Positions 1 through 27,978 of a DNA stretch of 64,000 nt are shown in pieces (positions within the stretch are counted from its first letter, which is position 1; each line of letters begins with the position of its first letter). Under the pieces are notes generated by a model. The model ran no database searches. It saw nothing but the letters and a program-made list of their open reading frames with translations, and was not told the DNA's origin. This stretch comes from Lingula anatina (Eukaryota > Animalia > Brachiopoda): positions 32,445,967 through 32,509,966 of the forward strand of contig CM120640.1 in the NCBI GenBank assembly GCA_051362555.1, read 5' to 3'. The translations under genes and the position numbers were made by a program.

Positions 1-469
1 TAAAGAGATTCATGATATCTCTTCAACTTTTACCTTTGAATAATATTTAGAAAAAGTTGATGCTTCTGAAATTCATGTATTTTTTTTTCTCTGAGAACTT
101 TAAAATTTCTTCAAAATAAAAGAAAGCCATACCAGTTGTAAACAGTGACTTACCACATTTTTCCAGTATTTGACATTATGTTTTTGCCCCAAAAAAGATG
201 TATTGTCAAATATGCACAGGAAGATTTTTAGGCCTGGGGGTGTGGGTGGGGGAGCTTGAAAGAACAGTTCTTTTGATTGAAAGGTCCTTCCTGAATCACA
301 ATTTGATCTTTAAGTAGGTTCTATGCCATTATCCACAATTTTTTCAGAAAAAGAACTCCCCAATTTAAACCTGCTGTTTGTATGCCATTTCCAGTTGTAA
401 TTTTTTTAATGGAAATGTGCTGAATAGAATTGTGCTATTGCAATTCAAGATGTGTCCTTTTTTTTTCAG

Positions 470-2174
470 AGATTCAGCTGCTGGTTTCTGCTACATCAAT
501 GACATTGTGCTAGGAATATTAAAGCTACGGACCAAATATGACAGGGTTTTGTATGTGGACATTGATCTTCATCATGGGGATGGTAAGATGGCTAATACTT
601 ATGTATACACTGTATTATACGATTTTTACTTTTTCACAAGTTAATTCAATTTTTTAAAAAGTAAAGGTGAAATACTTATGATCGTCAAAGTATCTAACTT
701 GACAACATTATCCATGATGTGATAGGGTGGCATGTGCATAACTGTGTTTTAACAACAAATTTATAAGATCAATTGTATAGCTTAATCAAGGTTTTGATTT
801 CTGTTGAATAATAATTTTACCTTTCAGGAGTGGAAGATGCTTTCTGTGCTACATCCAAGGTTATGACAGTATCCTTCCATAAATATTCACCTGGGTTTTT
901 CCCAGGTGTGTATGTCTCCTTAAGTACTAGATTAGTATAGATATTTTAAAAAATGGTCGAGTTTTGTTGTAACAATTGAGTTCTCCTCAATATTTTTAGC
1001 TTTATATTGCCAAATATTAATGCTCAGGATATTCAATTCATTTTTTTCTTCTGATATTATTATTATTATTATAATTTTTGTATCATGCATACAGGCACTG
1101 GCAACCTCTCTGACACAGGTATTGGAAAAGGAGCTGGTTACACTGTAAATGTGCCCCTCAATGAAGGATGCCAGGATGAATATTTTTATCGAGTGTTTGA
1201 AAAGTAGGTTTTATGTGCTCTTCTCAAGCCCACAAACTGTATTTTTATTTCAAGTTACATTTTTTGAATGCAAATGTATTTTTATTGTTTATATCTGTTA
1301 CCATATATATTATCTGTACCAATTTGGCATAATTGTTGATAGAGCTGTAGGGATATATCTTTCTCAATACTAACAGATTTTGGTCAACATTTCAGGGTCA
1401 TGGATATTGTTAAGATCAAATTTGATCCAGAAGCAGTTGTATGTCAGTGTGGTGCAGATGGTCTGGCAGGGGACCCCATGGACTCCTTCAACCTGACCAC
1501 CCTGTCTTTGGCAAAGTGCGTACAGTATTTACTCAATTGGAGTGTTCCATTGTTACTCCTGGGGGGTGGTGGGTATCATATTCCCAACACAGCCAGATGC
1601 TGGACACACATCACTAGTGTAGTGACTGGAACTAAACTGAGCAGTGATATTCCAGAACACAGGGTAGGTAGTGACTAGTTTAATGAATGGGCATCATTTC
1701 ATGGATGACCTGGGCTTTTTAAATTCTATTTGCTAGCTTTACTTTATATTTGCAACTCAAATGAAAAACATTGCTTTTTGGTATTTTTACAAATTAATAG
1801 GAGTGTGCAAGCTAAGGACAAAAATTAAGAGAAGAGTAGACAATTCTGATTAGAAAACACAAAATCACAAAAAAACTTATCCAGAATCATACCTAGACTT
1901 CAAATCAGTGTTTATTTCTCCAGTATTTTACACTCTATGGTCCAGACTATGATCTGATGATCTCTCCTGGAAATAGAGCTGATACCAATACTCCGTCTCA
2001 TATTAAGAATGTCATAGCACAGATATCAGGTAAGAAAGGTTGATTAAGACAAATAATATCTTTGTTAACTAGATACAAAATTTGATCACCATAACTTTAT
2101 TTATAATTATTGCCGTTAAAATGTCCTTAGAGTGATGAATTGTACTTACTGGCTTGTTTGTGTGTACCTGCATG

Positions 2175-2220
<46 letters not shown>

Positions 2221-2424
2221 CGCGTGTGCGCTTTTACTGTCAATTAAAAAACTTTATTTGCAAAGCATATTGATTGCCTATGATCTTCTTTAATTTCATC
2301 ATTTTATGGACAGGCCAATTGGAAAGAGTTGTGGTCTTTTTAAGATTAATATTTCCTTTTTTCTAGTTATTTTGCTCATGTATTCCTTGGGTTTATTTCA
2401 GAAAATCTCGAGAACCTCCAGTGA
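470..2424 (+). CDS. HDAC8: Histone deacetylase 8, 3' portion (5' exons lie outside the window)
   Basis: GT-AG exons 470-582, 828-905, 1095-1203, 1396-1663, 1924-2029 and 2402-2424 join in frame. They give [65 protein letters not shown] and YGPDY, all matching HDAC8. AATAAA at ~2458. Confidence 0.95.
2177..2230. repeat. (TG)n/(CG)n microsatellite in the last HDAC8 intron
   Basis: About 20 TG units followed by mixed CG/TG. Confidence 0.95.
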
Positions 2425-2886
2425 CTGAAACAATATACGGATGAGTGTAGTTTGCTAAATAAATTTATCAGTGACGTGGCTATTTTACAAACAAATGAAA
2501 TAATATCATTAATATTTTATAAGTATACAATGAGGTCAGTTCTTTCATTAGGCATAAGAAAGTGTGAAAATGTATCATTATAAGCTGCCCAGTGTCTGAT
2601 TCCCTGTGCCTCTCCATTTAAATTGTCAAAAAACAAAAGGTTTTAAGGGCTGAAATTGAAGGCTCTTTAATGCTGGTTTTATTATTAATGTTTTTAACAT
2701 GTGAGTTTTCTCAAAGTTTTTAACCATTTTTAATTCCATTTTGGGATTTATATTTTTTAATATAATTAAAATACAAGTTAATTTTCATGTTCATTGTTTT
2801 AATGTCATATGTAATAAACATTTCAATATTTTTAATTTTTGTATTATGAAGATAGGTTAGATGGCTCAAGTTTTCTTTTTCTGTCC

Positions 2887-3094
2887 TTTTTATGTACAGA
2901 CAGACACAGATGTGTCTGTACATATAGCCGTCACCTGCATGTGTTGTCAACGTCGCCATTGCCGTCGCCATGCACTTTCACCGATAACAGGCTAAGTGGA
3001 AAACTGTTTTACCTTCAGGCTTGAAACTTTCAGAACTGATGAATATGCATAAAATGGGAAGTTATGCATTTTTTCACTTTTTTCAGCATACATG
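2887..3094 (+). mobile_element. 5' fragment of HINE family B, interrupted by the LTR element (resumes ~4795-4820)
   Basis: TTTTTATGTACAGAC...TGTGTCTGTACATA hairpin, a CGTCGC tract and part of the ~161-bp repeat unit shared with the copies ending at 16115 and 20680. Confidence 0.8.
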
Positions 3095-4794
3095 TGTTGT
3101 GTTGTACGCAAATTTCCAGAGTACTGTCAATACACGTTTAACCTTTATTTTTCTGCGCTGCGTTTCTGACATCTACATCTCGTGACGTCTACATCTGGCG
3201 ATTACATTGTGACCTGATATTCTAAAACTTAGCACTTCAGCTAAAACATTAAATTCCTCCCCACCTTGAATAAAGCGGCATGCAACTTCAGTATGTAGGT
3301 CTAGTCTATAACGTTTATAAAATTGAGCACACAGTTTTTTTTTTAGTTTGTTATGAGTGTATAGCATTGTATGAAAGTTATTCATTCAGTCTTTGGCAAT
3401 AAGTAAAAAGATATAGTGGTAGTTGTAAAAAGATATAGTGGTAGTTAATTAAAATATAATAATACTGCAAACACTTGGGAGAATGTCATCATATCAATCA
3501 TAACTTGCTGAAGAATATTGGAGCTGGGGCGGGTGTTTCATGGAAAGGTAATCTTTCTCAGAGAGAATGTTGACACTTGCACCTGAATCTGCCATCATAG
3601 TAATGTATCTTCCATCAACTTTGACCTTTGAATATGGCGAGGAGACTTGGCTCTTCATGTTTAGTTTGTAGGTGTACTCAACGTCATCCTCAATTTCAAT
3701 GTTGTTTACTGGTGGCTTTGATAAACAAACTGCTGTGAAGTGATTCTGCTTACCGCAGCTATGGCAAATGTGTCCCCATGCTGGACATTTCTTGTGTCCA
3801 CCCTGATGTGGCCACTGACCTCCACAATTACGACACTTGTTATTGCAGTTTTTGTTACAGGTTGCTGGCTTTGGTTGATTGAAAGGGTGTTTCTTAGTTT
3901 GGTGCTTGGCAGGGTGACGTTTGGTCGTTAATTGTTGCTTAGCTTTAATAACAGTATTGACCGTTTGGCTTTTAATCATTTTGGAATGTGCATTTGTGAC
4001 TTTTAGGTTCCGTGCGTATTGTAGAAGTTGATATAAGGTTACATCTGGATCTCTCAATCCTTTGTCATGTACCTTATCTAGTCTACATCCCATTATGATC
4101 TGAGATTTTGTCTCCGCATTTGGCTGCGCATATTGACAGGTTTCCACTAGCTGCTTGAGCATATAGTAAAAATCATCATTGTTAGGTATATCCTGTACTG
4201 TCTTTTTAAATAAGTGTCGCTGGTATTCAACATTAGCAAGCAGATTAAAGTATGCAGTGATAGCCGCAGTGAGACATGCGTATACGTTTTGTCCCGGTAC
4301 TGCTTGTCTATCTTCAGTTTCTGGCATAGCCTCTATAGGTTCAAGTAGGGTTTGGTTAAAGCTGTCCACGATGTCATTCAGATCATTCCAACCCACCACA
4401 CATTAAAAGCAGGCCCTTCTTCTGCACAGGGTTAACTATGCCGCACCCATTGAATTCATTGCTTTCCAATCTCTGTAACCATTTCGCCCATCTAATATTC
4501 TTCCCCTCTGAGCGGCAATCAAATGGTTCGTACAATAGAGGTTGTAGCTGGATAGCTGCCATGTTGTTTACATCTGTTCACAATAGTTCTTTTATCCTTG
4601 TTGCCAGTTGTTGTGTTGTAATGTTAGGTTTTTGAAAAGAGAACAACGCATAATTCCAGAGTACTATCGATGCAAGTTTTGCCTTTATTTTTTGCTCTGC
4701 GTTTCTGACATCTACATCTCGTGACGTCTACATTTCCCAATTATGTCGCAACCTGATATATTCTATAACATAGTGCTTCAGCTAAAACATTACA
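3095..4794 (-). mobile_element. Internally deleted Ty3/Gypsy (Mag-like) LTR retrotransposon, ~1.7 kb
   Basis: Diverged direct repeats at 3095-3253 and 4609-4794 share GCGTTTCTGACATCTACATCTCGTGACGTCTACAT. PBS-like TGGCAACAAGGAT (minus, 4594-4606) resembles the tRNA-Ser(GCU) PBS TGGCGACGAGGAT. Polypurine tract AAGGTGGGGAGGAA (minus, 3254-3267). Confidence 0.85.
3494..4562 (-). pseudogene. Frameshifted gag plus truncated aspartic protease of the LTR element
   Basis: ATG at 4562 (MAAIQ...RWAKWLQRLE). ORF 3494-4399 has zinc knuckles CRNCGGQWPH...CPAWGHICHSCGKQNHFTAVC and the protease motif ADSGASVNIL. No RT, RNaseH or integrase. Confidence 0.85.
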
Positions 4795-4954
4795 TTATGC
4801 AACACCAATAACACAATAAATCTACTAAAATATGTATCCAATCGAAATTCCCCCCGTCCAATGAAGGCTCTCTCCATGTCCAAATGTTTTCCCTTGACAA
4901 TTTCGTAAAGAGAATGTACCAGTGTTGGAGTATCTTGAGATTGCCAATTTACCT

Positions 4955-6030
4955 TCATTTTATTATGTGATTAACTGATTCACAGTTATCATTTGTCCAT
5001 GCAATAGGTAGGTCTAGGTGTTTTTCTCTAGTTTGGAAGTTTTCCTGTAACAGTGGAAGGATACTGTCTAAATGATGTTTTTTTTTAAATTGGGGAACAT
5101 TTTCAATATTTCTTATTAATCCATTTTGGCCAAATATAGCTGGATCTATTTTCTTCCTTCTTACACAAGGGGACTTGCTCTTTATGTGGTTGATGCTGCG
5201 AGTGAAAGGGTGTTCATGGAGTGAATTGTGTAGACTTAGTCTTTTGCTACATTCGCAGGCCCTGAAGCGGAAGTACGAGCCTTTTTTTTTTTCGTAACAC
5301 TTTTTATTTGCTACCTGTTTCAAATTTGCGGGTCTTTGGTTTTCTGAATCCGCCTCAAGAACCATGCAACTTTTTGTGAAGATCAGGAAGTTTGGAGTCT
5401 TATTCAGCAGTTATACAGTCCATAACAAACTCTGAAGTATGGCAACACAAGTTAACTGAGAATTCAGCATTGCCGTGGATGCTGTTGGGGCCTGGATATG
5501 TCCCAATATATATTCTAAAAGGGTGATGGCTGGGTGCATATTTTCGATCCAAGTTACCCTTCTTTTGTATGCAAGATTGTGTTTGGAACAGGTCTAATAT
5601 CTGTGTAGCTCTGAATTTGTGTAGGTTGTGGTTCCATGGGAACAGCATGCCTTTTCTTAACTTGTCTGTACATGTAAAACAGTCCATCTTTTTTCACAGC
5701 AGATATCCATTTAGAATCAAGCTTAGCTTTGTAAGATATGGGTAAGTGGTTCCCACCCCAAGCCCCACAGGCATCGTTGAAATCGCTTCCAAAGTCAACG
5801 GCATGAAGCTCTTTATTTTTTTCGTTATTGATTATGAGCATAACATCTTCCTTTTTCACCGACCAGAATACATTCAAAAATGTCTCCTGCTGAGTGGAGT
5901 ATTTCTATTGCCTCTACTTCGTTATGGATTTCCCCCCTTTCAGCTCTTATTCACCAGACAATGGGTCCAGGTTTTCTTCATCAGGAAAATTACTGCTGTA
6001 TGTTATTGGTGTAATCTTGCTCTGGTGTAA
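4955..6030 (-). pseudogene. Decayed DNA-transposon ORF fragments, possibly Mutator-like
   Basis: Broken minus-strand ORFs. WTNDNCESVNHIIK resembles the TNNxxESxN segment around the catalytic Glu of MULE transposases. Confidence 0.4.
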
Positions 6031-6859
6031 TCTGAAAGACCAGATTTCTGTTCACTGCTTAAACTAATGTCTGCCAGTACATCTAATGTTGGTGATCGTT
6101 CAGTATGTATCTTCAAGAGGAAAGAGAGAGATGGTTTGGCCCAAATTCCTGCATGGTGCGGGGCACCATAGTATTTGTCCACATGATGACAGCTTGTGGT
6201 AAGGCAGAGCTATCGACTACTCTTCCAGCAACTTTTCTTGATAGGGGGGTGCTCAAAAATGCATATTCAATTAACACTGGTTAAATCTCTTTACGAAATT
6301 GCCAATACAGGGGGGAGGCAATATGACCTAAAATAAATAATAGTTAAAAAAAAAAATAGACAAGACAATTAATATGCTTGTTTAATTAGACATTGGGAGC
6401 CATGTTGCAAGAAATACATATGAAATGCATGTTAATACATGTGAAATTATTGTCATACAGATGTGCTTTATTATCGATCCCCAATTCCTTGGATAACCAA
6501 AAAATCTGTACTTCACTTTTCTAGTCAGAGCTAATGCACTCACCGGTAATATATACAAGGTATTCTTCTAAGCTTTACGATTTAATTCCATAAGTCCTAT
6601 TTATTATGTTTACTTTTAGACATGCAACAGCTGCAGATTTTAGATATGAAGAGACACAATAATCAGATTCCATACTGAGACACATTTGCAAGTTTACATT
6701 TTTTTAAAAAATTAAACAATTTAGATAATAAATTGTATTTATTCAGGAAGTTGTTTGTTTCTAGTTGTGGTAATAACTTTGTTAATAATACATCAACGTT
6801 ATGTTTATAGGAAATGGTCTTAGTTTGGGGCTTGTGTCTGCACATTTTTACCTTTAACA

Positions 6860-7083
6860 CCCCATTTCCATAGATTTTTAGATCGATCTATCCCTGTGGG
6901 GAGTCTCACTAGATTACTGTCAGCTTGGCCGGCTTAAGCGTCTGTCCCGCCTACTAAAAGCTGCAAGGGGGTAATTAACTATGGTGTCCGCTCGGCTGAC
7001 TGCAATTTAGCCTGAACCCCCAGGGAGTTAGGTCAATCTAAAACTTAATCTTTAGATCGATCTAAATCTCTGGGAAAGCACCC
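6860..7083. mobile_element. Small MITE with imperfect terminal inverted repeats
   Basis: TTTCCATAGATTTTTAGATCGATCTA at the left end and TAGATCGATCTAAATCTCTGGGAAA at the right end, with further internal inverted similarity. Confidence 0.55.
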
Positions 7084-8121
7084 TAAGTAGTTGACCAAGG
7101 CAAGGTGATAACAGATGTCCGGGGTACTGAAATGTATCAGTCTCTGTGTACTTAGACACACACATTTATTTGTTATGATTAATATTTTTGGGAACTTTTT
7201 CTATCGAACTACATCAGTGAGAAGTCATTCAGCTTTTTAGCTTCAGTGATACTTTTCTGAATTTTCTGAATTGCAGCTTTAGCAGCTACACTGGAATATT
7301 ACTTACATTGTTATTTTATTTTTATTTGGACACCCACCACCATCCACTTTCACCTGCCTTCGTCCTTGTGCTTTTTCTCTAGGATTCCCTTTTGCACTAT
7401 TCTTAGCCTCAATTTTACATTTGTGCCAACTTATTGCTCCAATAGCTTTTGTTGTTTCACATGTTAATTTTTCATAATGTCGTCATTTTTCTTAACGTTG
7501 GTTGCATTCATTAACCTAAACTTTTAGTAAATTAAATTATATATTATGTTAGTTCTTTAGTATGGGGATCTATGATTATCCCTAAATTATGTAACTATGG
7601 CGGCATTTATTTTTCATTTGAGCCAACTTTTTGCTCCAATAGCTGTTGTGGTTTCTCATACTTTTCTCAATTTATTTTGGTTGCACTCATTAATTATAAC
7701 CTATTTTATTATTTTTATATTATGGCAGTTATATAGTTTGGGGGATGTAATTATATTATCCCCCCAGTTTTGTAACTTTGTATTTTATTAGTTTTTATCA
7801 TTAATAAATGACAATTTTCAGTCATATGGACTTATCTTATTTACTTTTGAGCAAAAACAGAGCTTCTTTGTGCTTGGGAACATTTGGCTACATAAATATT
7901 ATTATTACACTACATAATTGCATTATTACAATATGTAGTGTGACAAGAATGTATGCCTCTTCTAATGCTGTTTCAAAAGTTTGTCAAACTTTTAACTTAA
8001 CATATAAGATGGCACATATACAGACTTTCATTGAGTAAAAGTGAAATCAGCGTGAGATAGATGCAACACATAACAGACACAAAAAAAGTCTAAAAAGAGA
8101 GCCAACTATTGAAATGGTGGG

Positions 8122-8345
8122 ATTTTCATGTAGACTCACAGATGTGTCTGTATCTTCACTTGTATCTGTCGTCTCCATTGGCAACGTTGGCCATGACGTC
8201 AGCTTCATCGTGCACTTAAAGTGTTATGTGGATAAGTGAAAAACTGTTTTACCTTTTGTTTCTCAAAAATAAACAACTGATGAATTTTCATAAAATGCAG
8301 GTCGTGTTCAAAAATCAGCTTGATGGGACCATTTTTCCAGAAGTT
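8122..8345 (+). mobile_element. Old degenerate HINE-B 5' fragment
   Basis: ATGTAGACTCACAGATGTGTCTGTA followed by a diverged ~161-bp unit. Confidence 0.55.
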
Positions 8346-9945
8346 AAACCATTATCCCCTACTATTTTTGATTCACCGTTATACACATAAATGCAAACCC
8401 CTAGCACCGTTATACAAATAAAATAAAAACCATGTTATATCTTGCTTTGGAACTTGTAGGACAAATTAATTAACAGAAAGATGGAAGTTTGAAAATTAGC
8501 TTGATTGGTTTATTTTTGTGGAACTGTTTTGTGGATTATCCTCAGATTTAATTCTTATGTATGTTAGCAGTCTCAGATATATGACAGTGTTTTTTGACAT
8601 TTTCTGCATCTTAACGATATTATTAGTTGATTATATGAAAATAATTTTAGACCCGTGTAAAAAGTGTCAAAAATTGCAATTTGTCAGATTCAATCTGTGT
8701 CTTAAATGGAAATACTAATTTCAGGACAGTTTATCATATTTGGTATGTTCTTCGCTTTTTTTAATCCTGTTCATTTAATCTTCAAAACTTCAAATTATGC
8801 TTGAAACACAGCTCCAAATTCATCATGTGATGTAATATTGGGATTTTTGGGGCAAAAACATTTTTGGTTACCAGATTTTCTCAGGCACCTGGACAGCTAT
8901 AAACATTCTTTTTATAGAATTACAACACTTGAACAAAGTACTACGAAAGGGGTTCAAGGATTTTTCTTTAAAGACTTACTGTTGATTTTTTAAAAACATA
9001 ATTTTAGCCCTATTTGGTTACAGTCCCGCCTTAGTATTTTTTTTTTTAAAGAACATTATCTTAAGATTGATATAGAGCTGATATTAGAAAACCAGTTCTA
9101 TTGGCTTATTATATTTTAATTTATCCAATTTTTTTGTGAAATTTAAATTTTTTTTCATTCTGGTATTTTCAGTGTGAACTGTCATGGTTCATTCTGTCAT
9201 GGCCTTATGCTTGTTACACGTTTTACTTACATAAATATTAGCTGTTGTGCATTATTTTCAAAATTTAATGTAGACTTTGCACTTAAGCATAATATATTAT
9301 TGTATCAAAATTGACAGTAGCCTTTTTTGCATATAAGTGTTTTCTGCTTTCTGTCTGTACATTTGGAAGATTTGCTTCCTTGTTTAGCAGACTGTTCTGT
9401 GTACTTTTAAAGGTAGTCTAACATTTTCCTAATGTCTGAAAGTCATATTTTTATCCCTGAAATACAATCTTTCCAGCAAATATCCTTCATGATTAATATC
9501 CAAAAACATTTATCATTTACTTTGATGGAAATATTATTATTTCATAAAAGCCAAGGCAATAACAATGTACATTTTAATATAAATTTGGCTTCATCCAAAT
9601 TAAAAAGTTATTAATCTAATCTTTAATTTTTATTTTCTTTTTTTTTTGTATGCATGTGGCATCCATATCAATGGATAACCCATCTTTCTCATTACACAAG
9701 CCTTCTTCCCTAAATTAAGGAAAGCGTTTTACATTCCGAATCAGTATACACAATAATTCTATTTTATTGTAATCAACTTCCAGTTAACAACGCTCACAAA
9801 TGCAATTTAAATAAATCTGTGCTCAGCTTGACAAAATCAATTTAAAGCTAAGATCATATAAAACATAAAACACATACTCTATGCTTGGTTATAACTTAAA
9901 GGTAGACAAGTAGAGAAAAACTGGATTTACATAATTAAATCTATG

Positions 9946-10104
9946 CAGGCCTGTAGCCAGGGGGATTCGAGGGTGTTCGAACTAACCACACTTTTTGCTG
10001 AAAAAGGTCAGCTCTGGATAAATGCTGATCTAGGTACATGTTGGTTTCATGGTAAAAGGTCCACTTTTTCAGAAAAAGAACCTCCTCTGTTGGCTTTGGG
10101 CCTG
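9946..10104. mobile_element. Short MITE with hAT-like termini
   Basis: Imperfect TIRs CAGGCCTGTAGCCA and TGGCTTTGGGCCTG; no clean TSD. Confidence 0.45.
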
Positions 10105-11128
10105 TCTTTTTACATATTTACAGGGAAATGGGCTTGAACCTTGTGGTTTTGCTGTGGAAGAAGATTAGAAACAAATGGAATCTGCTAGTGTTGATATTTG
10201 TTAGTTACTCCATAATATCATCACATATTTAACCAGTGGCACTGTCTGAAGTTTACCAGAAGAATAATTACATGCTAAGCTGTTGCTGCCACTGTTGAAA
10301 TGCATAAGTAACTCAGATTGTAGGTGTTAGATATAAGAAATACAAAAGATCTCTTACTACAATTTTATGATTTTGGTCATAACATTTCCAAGAGAAAAGG
10401 AAATTAACACAATTCAATCCTTATGCATTGCTACATTTTTAGATTTTTTTCACCAAGAATGCCACTCTACAAATATACTAATTCAATAGAAGTTGAATCA
10501 ACTTATGCTATTTACACCACTCAAGATTCAATTAAACAAAATGACAGATATGCCTGCTTGCATCTACACATGTAATTCCAATTTATAATGCAAAAGCTCT
10601 CAAGACAGTAGTATATTCTTTACATTGTTTTTTTTTTAAATATATTTTACAGAATAAAAAAATAATTGTTTAATAACAAATATGTGAAAATGTTTAAGAA
10701 GTCCTAGAGTCTAGTTGTGGACAGTCTGGACTATATACACTGTACTTTAATCAAGCTGACAACATAAAACTCAAAATATCATTAGCATTAAATATCATTG
10801 GCATTGTTATATATATGTATATCAAACTATGCAATTACTCAATCACATTATATTTCTTAAAATTGATAGATAAATGCTCTGGTGTTACCTTTCCTGGTAT
10901 AACACACACAAAAAACAATTAATCAAATAATGAACTTAATCAAAAACTTATAAATTTCTATTGTGTTCCACAATATTGTCATCAACACATGAAATAAAAC
11001 AAACATTTTTCCTCGTTTACTGATAAAAAATGTCCTCCTAGAAGCATTCATTATAGAGTCTTATTTATTGAAATCTCCCTTTTCATTTTAAGAATTTCTT
11101 ATTATATATTTGCATGTTTCTCAATTGA

Positions 11129-25224
<14,096 letters not shown>

Positions 25225-25505
25225 GTTTGGTTGTCATCACTGAAATGGGACCAAAAAAAGCATACATTATTTATTAGGTTATTAGTCTTCCATTGTACTC
25301 TAGCATAGATATTTGACAGCAATGACATTATTTTTCACTTCCAAAACAACTCAACATCAAGCAGAGATAAGCAGCTTTTAATTAGCTGTTGTTACTGTAA
25401 CAGCAGTACAGAGATATTTCACCAAGTTCTTTTTTCACATAAATGAAAACAAACACAACAACACCATTAATGTAAAAGAAAGAAAAAAAATGGCTAAAAT
25501 AACAA

Positions 25506-25538
<33 letters not shown>

Positions 25539-26403
25539 TTAAAGAAATGAAAAAACCACTTTTGCACATCCTCAAAGGCTGTCACAGCACAATTATTATA
25601 TTACATGTTCACAAGTTCCAAGTTTTGGCCGGGTATATGTTTTGGTCTTTTCTAAATTTTTTATTGTCAGCATTTGAGAGACACTGGTTGATATTTTATC
25701 ATAAATTAGCTATTTCCATCATGCCCCCCTTATACAGATAAAAGACTACATGTACCGATATTTCTAATATATATTACTTAATATGCTACACATGCATAAA
25801 TTTGCATAGCCATATATATACTGTAGTAACTTATGTTATTTTAATAACATAAGTTAATACAGTATATATATGGACTTAAAAGTCCTTGTTGTCAGCAAAT
25901 GCAAAGAAATATTGCGAAAAGTTTCTTCTTGGACTAATAATATTATAAGTACATACAGCATGTGTGAGATTAAAAAGTAGATCAAATATTGTCTTAATTA
26001 AACAAGCACTCTTTTCTACAGGTATTTTTGAGGCACATTTACATGTATTTACATACATGTACTAGTACAGTATGACTGCTGTGTTGAAACATAATGGTAT
26101 TCATATAAAATGCAAAACAGAAGACATATACCATAATGTCCAACAATGCTACAACAGTTATATTATACTCCTAGTAAAAGCTCCCCCCTTAACTTAATTA
26201 ATGAAAAAATAGAGGACCAACCTGTATTGAGGATTGGTTGGATTTTATCACTCTCAATTCTGAAAAAAGATAACATTGACAGAAAATCTAAAAATATCAC
26301 ATTATCTAAGATAAGCATATCAGGTGTGAGAGCCCGTTTAATTCTGAGAGAAAATGTCAGTTTGTTTTAAAACTGTAACCGTCCATGTTTGCCGCCCTTG
26401 AGA

Positions 26404-26416
26404 GGAAAGCGAAAGT
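26404..26416 (+). promoter_or_regulatory. ISRE/IRF-E-type site in the predicted first intron of the Deltex-like gene
   Basis: GGAAAGCGAAAGT fits GAAANNGAAA; it lies ~120 bp from the predicted donor at 26535 (G|gtaagt, minus). Confidence 0.6.
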
Positions 26417-26615
26417 ACCGTTTACATACAATATTGAATATCCATGGTACATAAAGTGCAATTAAATGCAATAGTCTACTACACAGGTTACGTCACTGCT
26501 GTAAAGTTTAAAATATAATGATTGGAATACTTACCGATATAGTAGTGACAAGAAAAAAAATACACCCCCGAGACAATTTTCACATAAAATGTCTGCCCAC
26601 CTCAACAGCCAAGCT

Positions 26616-26627
26616 GGGAAATTCCCC
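26616..26627. promoter_or_regulatory. NF-kB/Rel-type site upstream of the Deltex-like gene
   Basis: GGGAAATTCCCC. Confidence 0.6.
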
Positions 26628-27978
26628 AATGCGGTCATATGCTCAAAACGAGGCCAATGTCACGGTCTCATTTTGTTCCCGTGCTCATGCCGTCTTAAGA
26701 AAACAATTAAGATTGTGGTTTATGTTCACCGCTGTGGCTTCTGTTCAAAATTTTTATTCACAGTCATTAGTGCAACAATTCATTATTCTGCTGTGAACAT
26801 TTTTGCTCTAAAAAACCTTTATTTGAAAGACTGGGATGGACACGGAAAGTTTGCGCCAGAGTTTCAGCTGGTATTTTTGCCAGGTGGATCCTAGCTTTAC
26901 CAAGTTGAAACCACAACAGCATATTGAATAATTGACAATAGAAGTATTCTCTTTGGATATAATTTTTCCTCGTTAATGCAACAGCGTTAGCAGTCTTGAA
27001 CGTTCAATTAACATTTACTTTCTGACCCCCACCCCTAACATGCACAGCAGGTATACATGTACTGTACTAAGCACAATTAAATATTACGAGTGTTAGCCAC
27101 TGTTACTGTTAAAGGGGTTCAAACCTTTTTTAAAAAATCATTTGTATAGTTTGCATCACAATATAATAACTTCAACAGATACTAAAATAAATAGAGAGCT
27201 GAAGTCTTGCTGTCAAACATGAATTTTATTTTAAATTTAGCCACATTTAAGTTATAGCAAATTAATCTTTTTCATTACACATTTCAGATTAAATGCTAGC
27301 ACAGTTCAAAGTTGTTACCACATCCAAATATATCAAATAAAATATATATTTCAACTATGCAGTACATATATATCTATCATTATTTCAAATACTCTAACAA
27401 GATCATCTGTACAACAGAAAATGTACAATCAATCAGTCCCCTTGAGATTTGACACATAGAATGAACAATTTTAACAGTCAAATCATCAAAGACCAAAATG
27501 CAAACATATATATTTTGATTATTGACCAAAAGCATAATAATGTACAGCATCATTCAATTTTAGTGCAATATAGAATACAAAGTTATAAGGCCTGTAAAAT
27601 GAATAAAGCTTATATTGGATAAAAAGTAGGTGAAAAGCAAAAAAAAAAAAAAAAAAAAAAAAGTTACTGTCAACATATACAATCATATACAGTGCAATGT
27701 ATAATCAAGTAAGCATCACTTGTTACTGTAGAAGCTAAGCTAAATTTCTTCTTTTGTCGTGCATCATGGTGCATGTAAAATATTTTGCTGTTTGGCCACT
27801 ATACTGCTTGGTATATCAACATAGGACTTGTATAACATTTTTTGCCTGATAAATGGCATCAAGATGAATACATTATACGGATAAAAAAATTATCTACTTT
27901 TGCAATGTCTTTCCTAGAGAAGGCATATAGTATCACCAAAAATAAATAAATAAATAATAAACTTTTAATAAGAATATT

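Noticed and set aside
7410-7790. Diverged ~197-bp tandem duplication
   Set aside because: Only about two degraded copies, with no termini or coding signal
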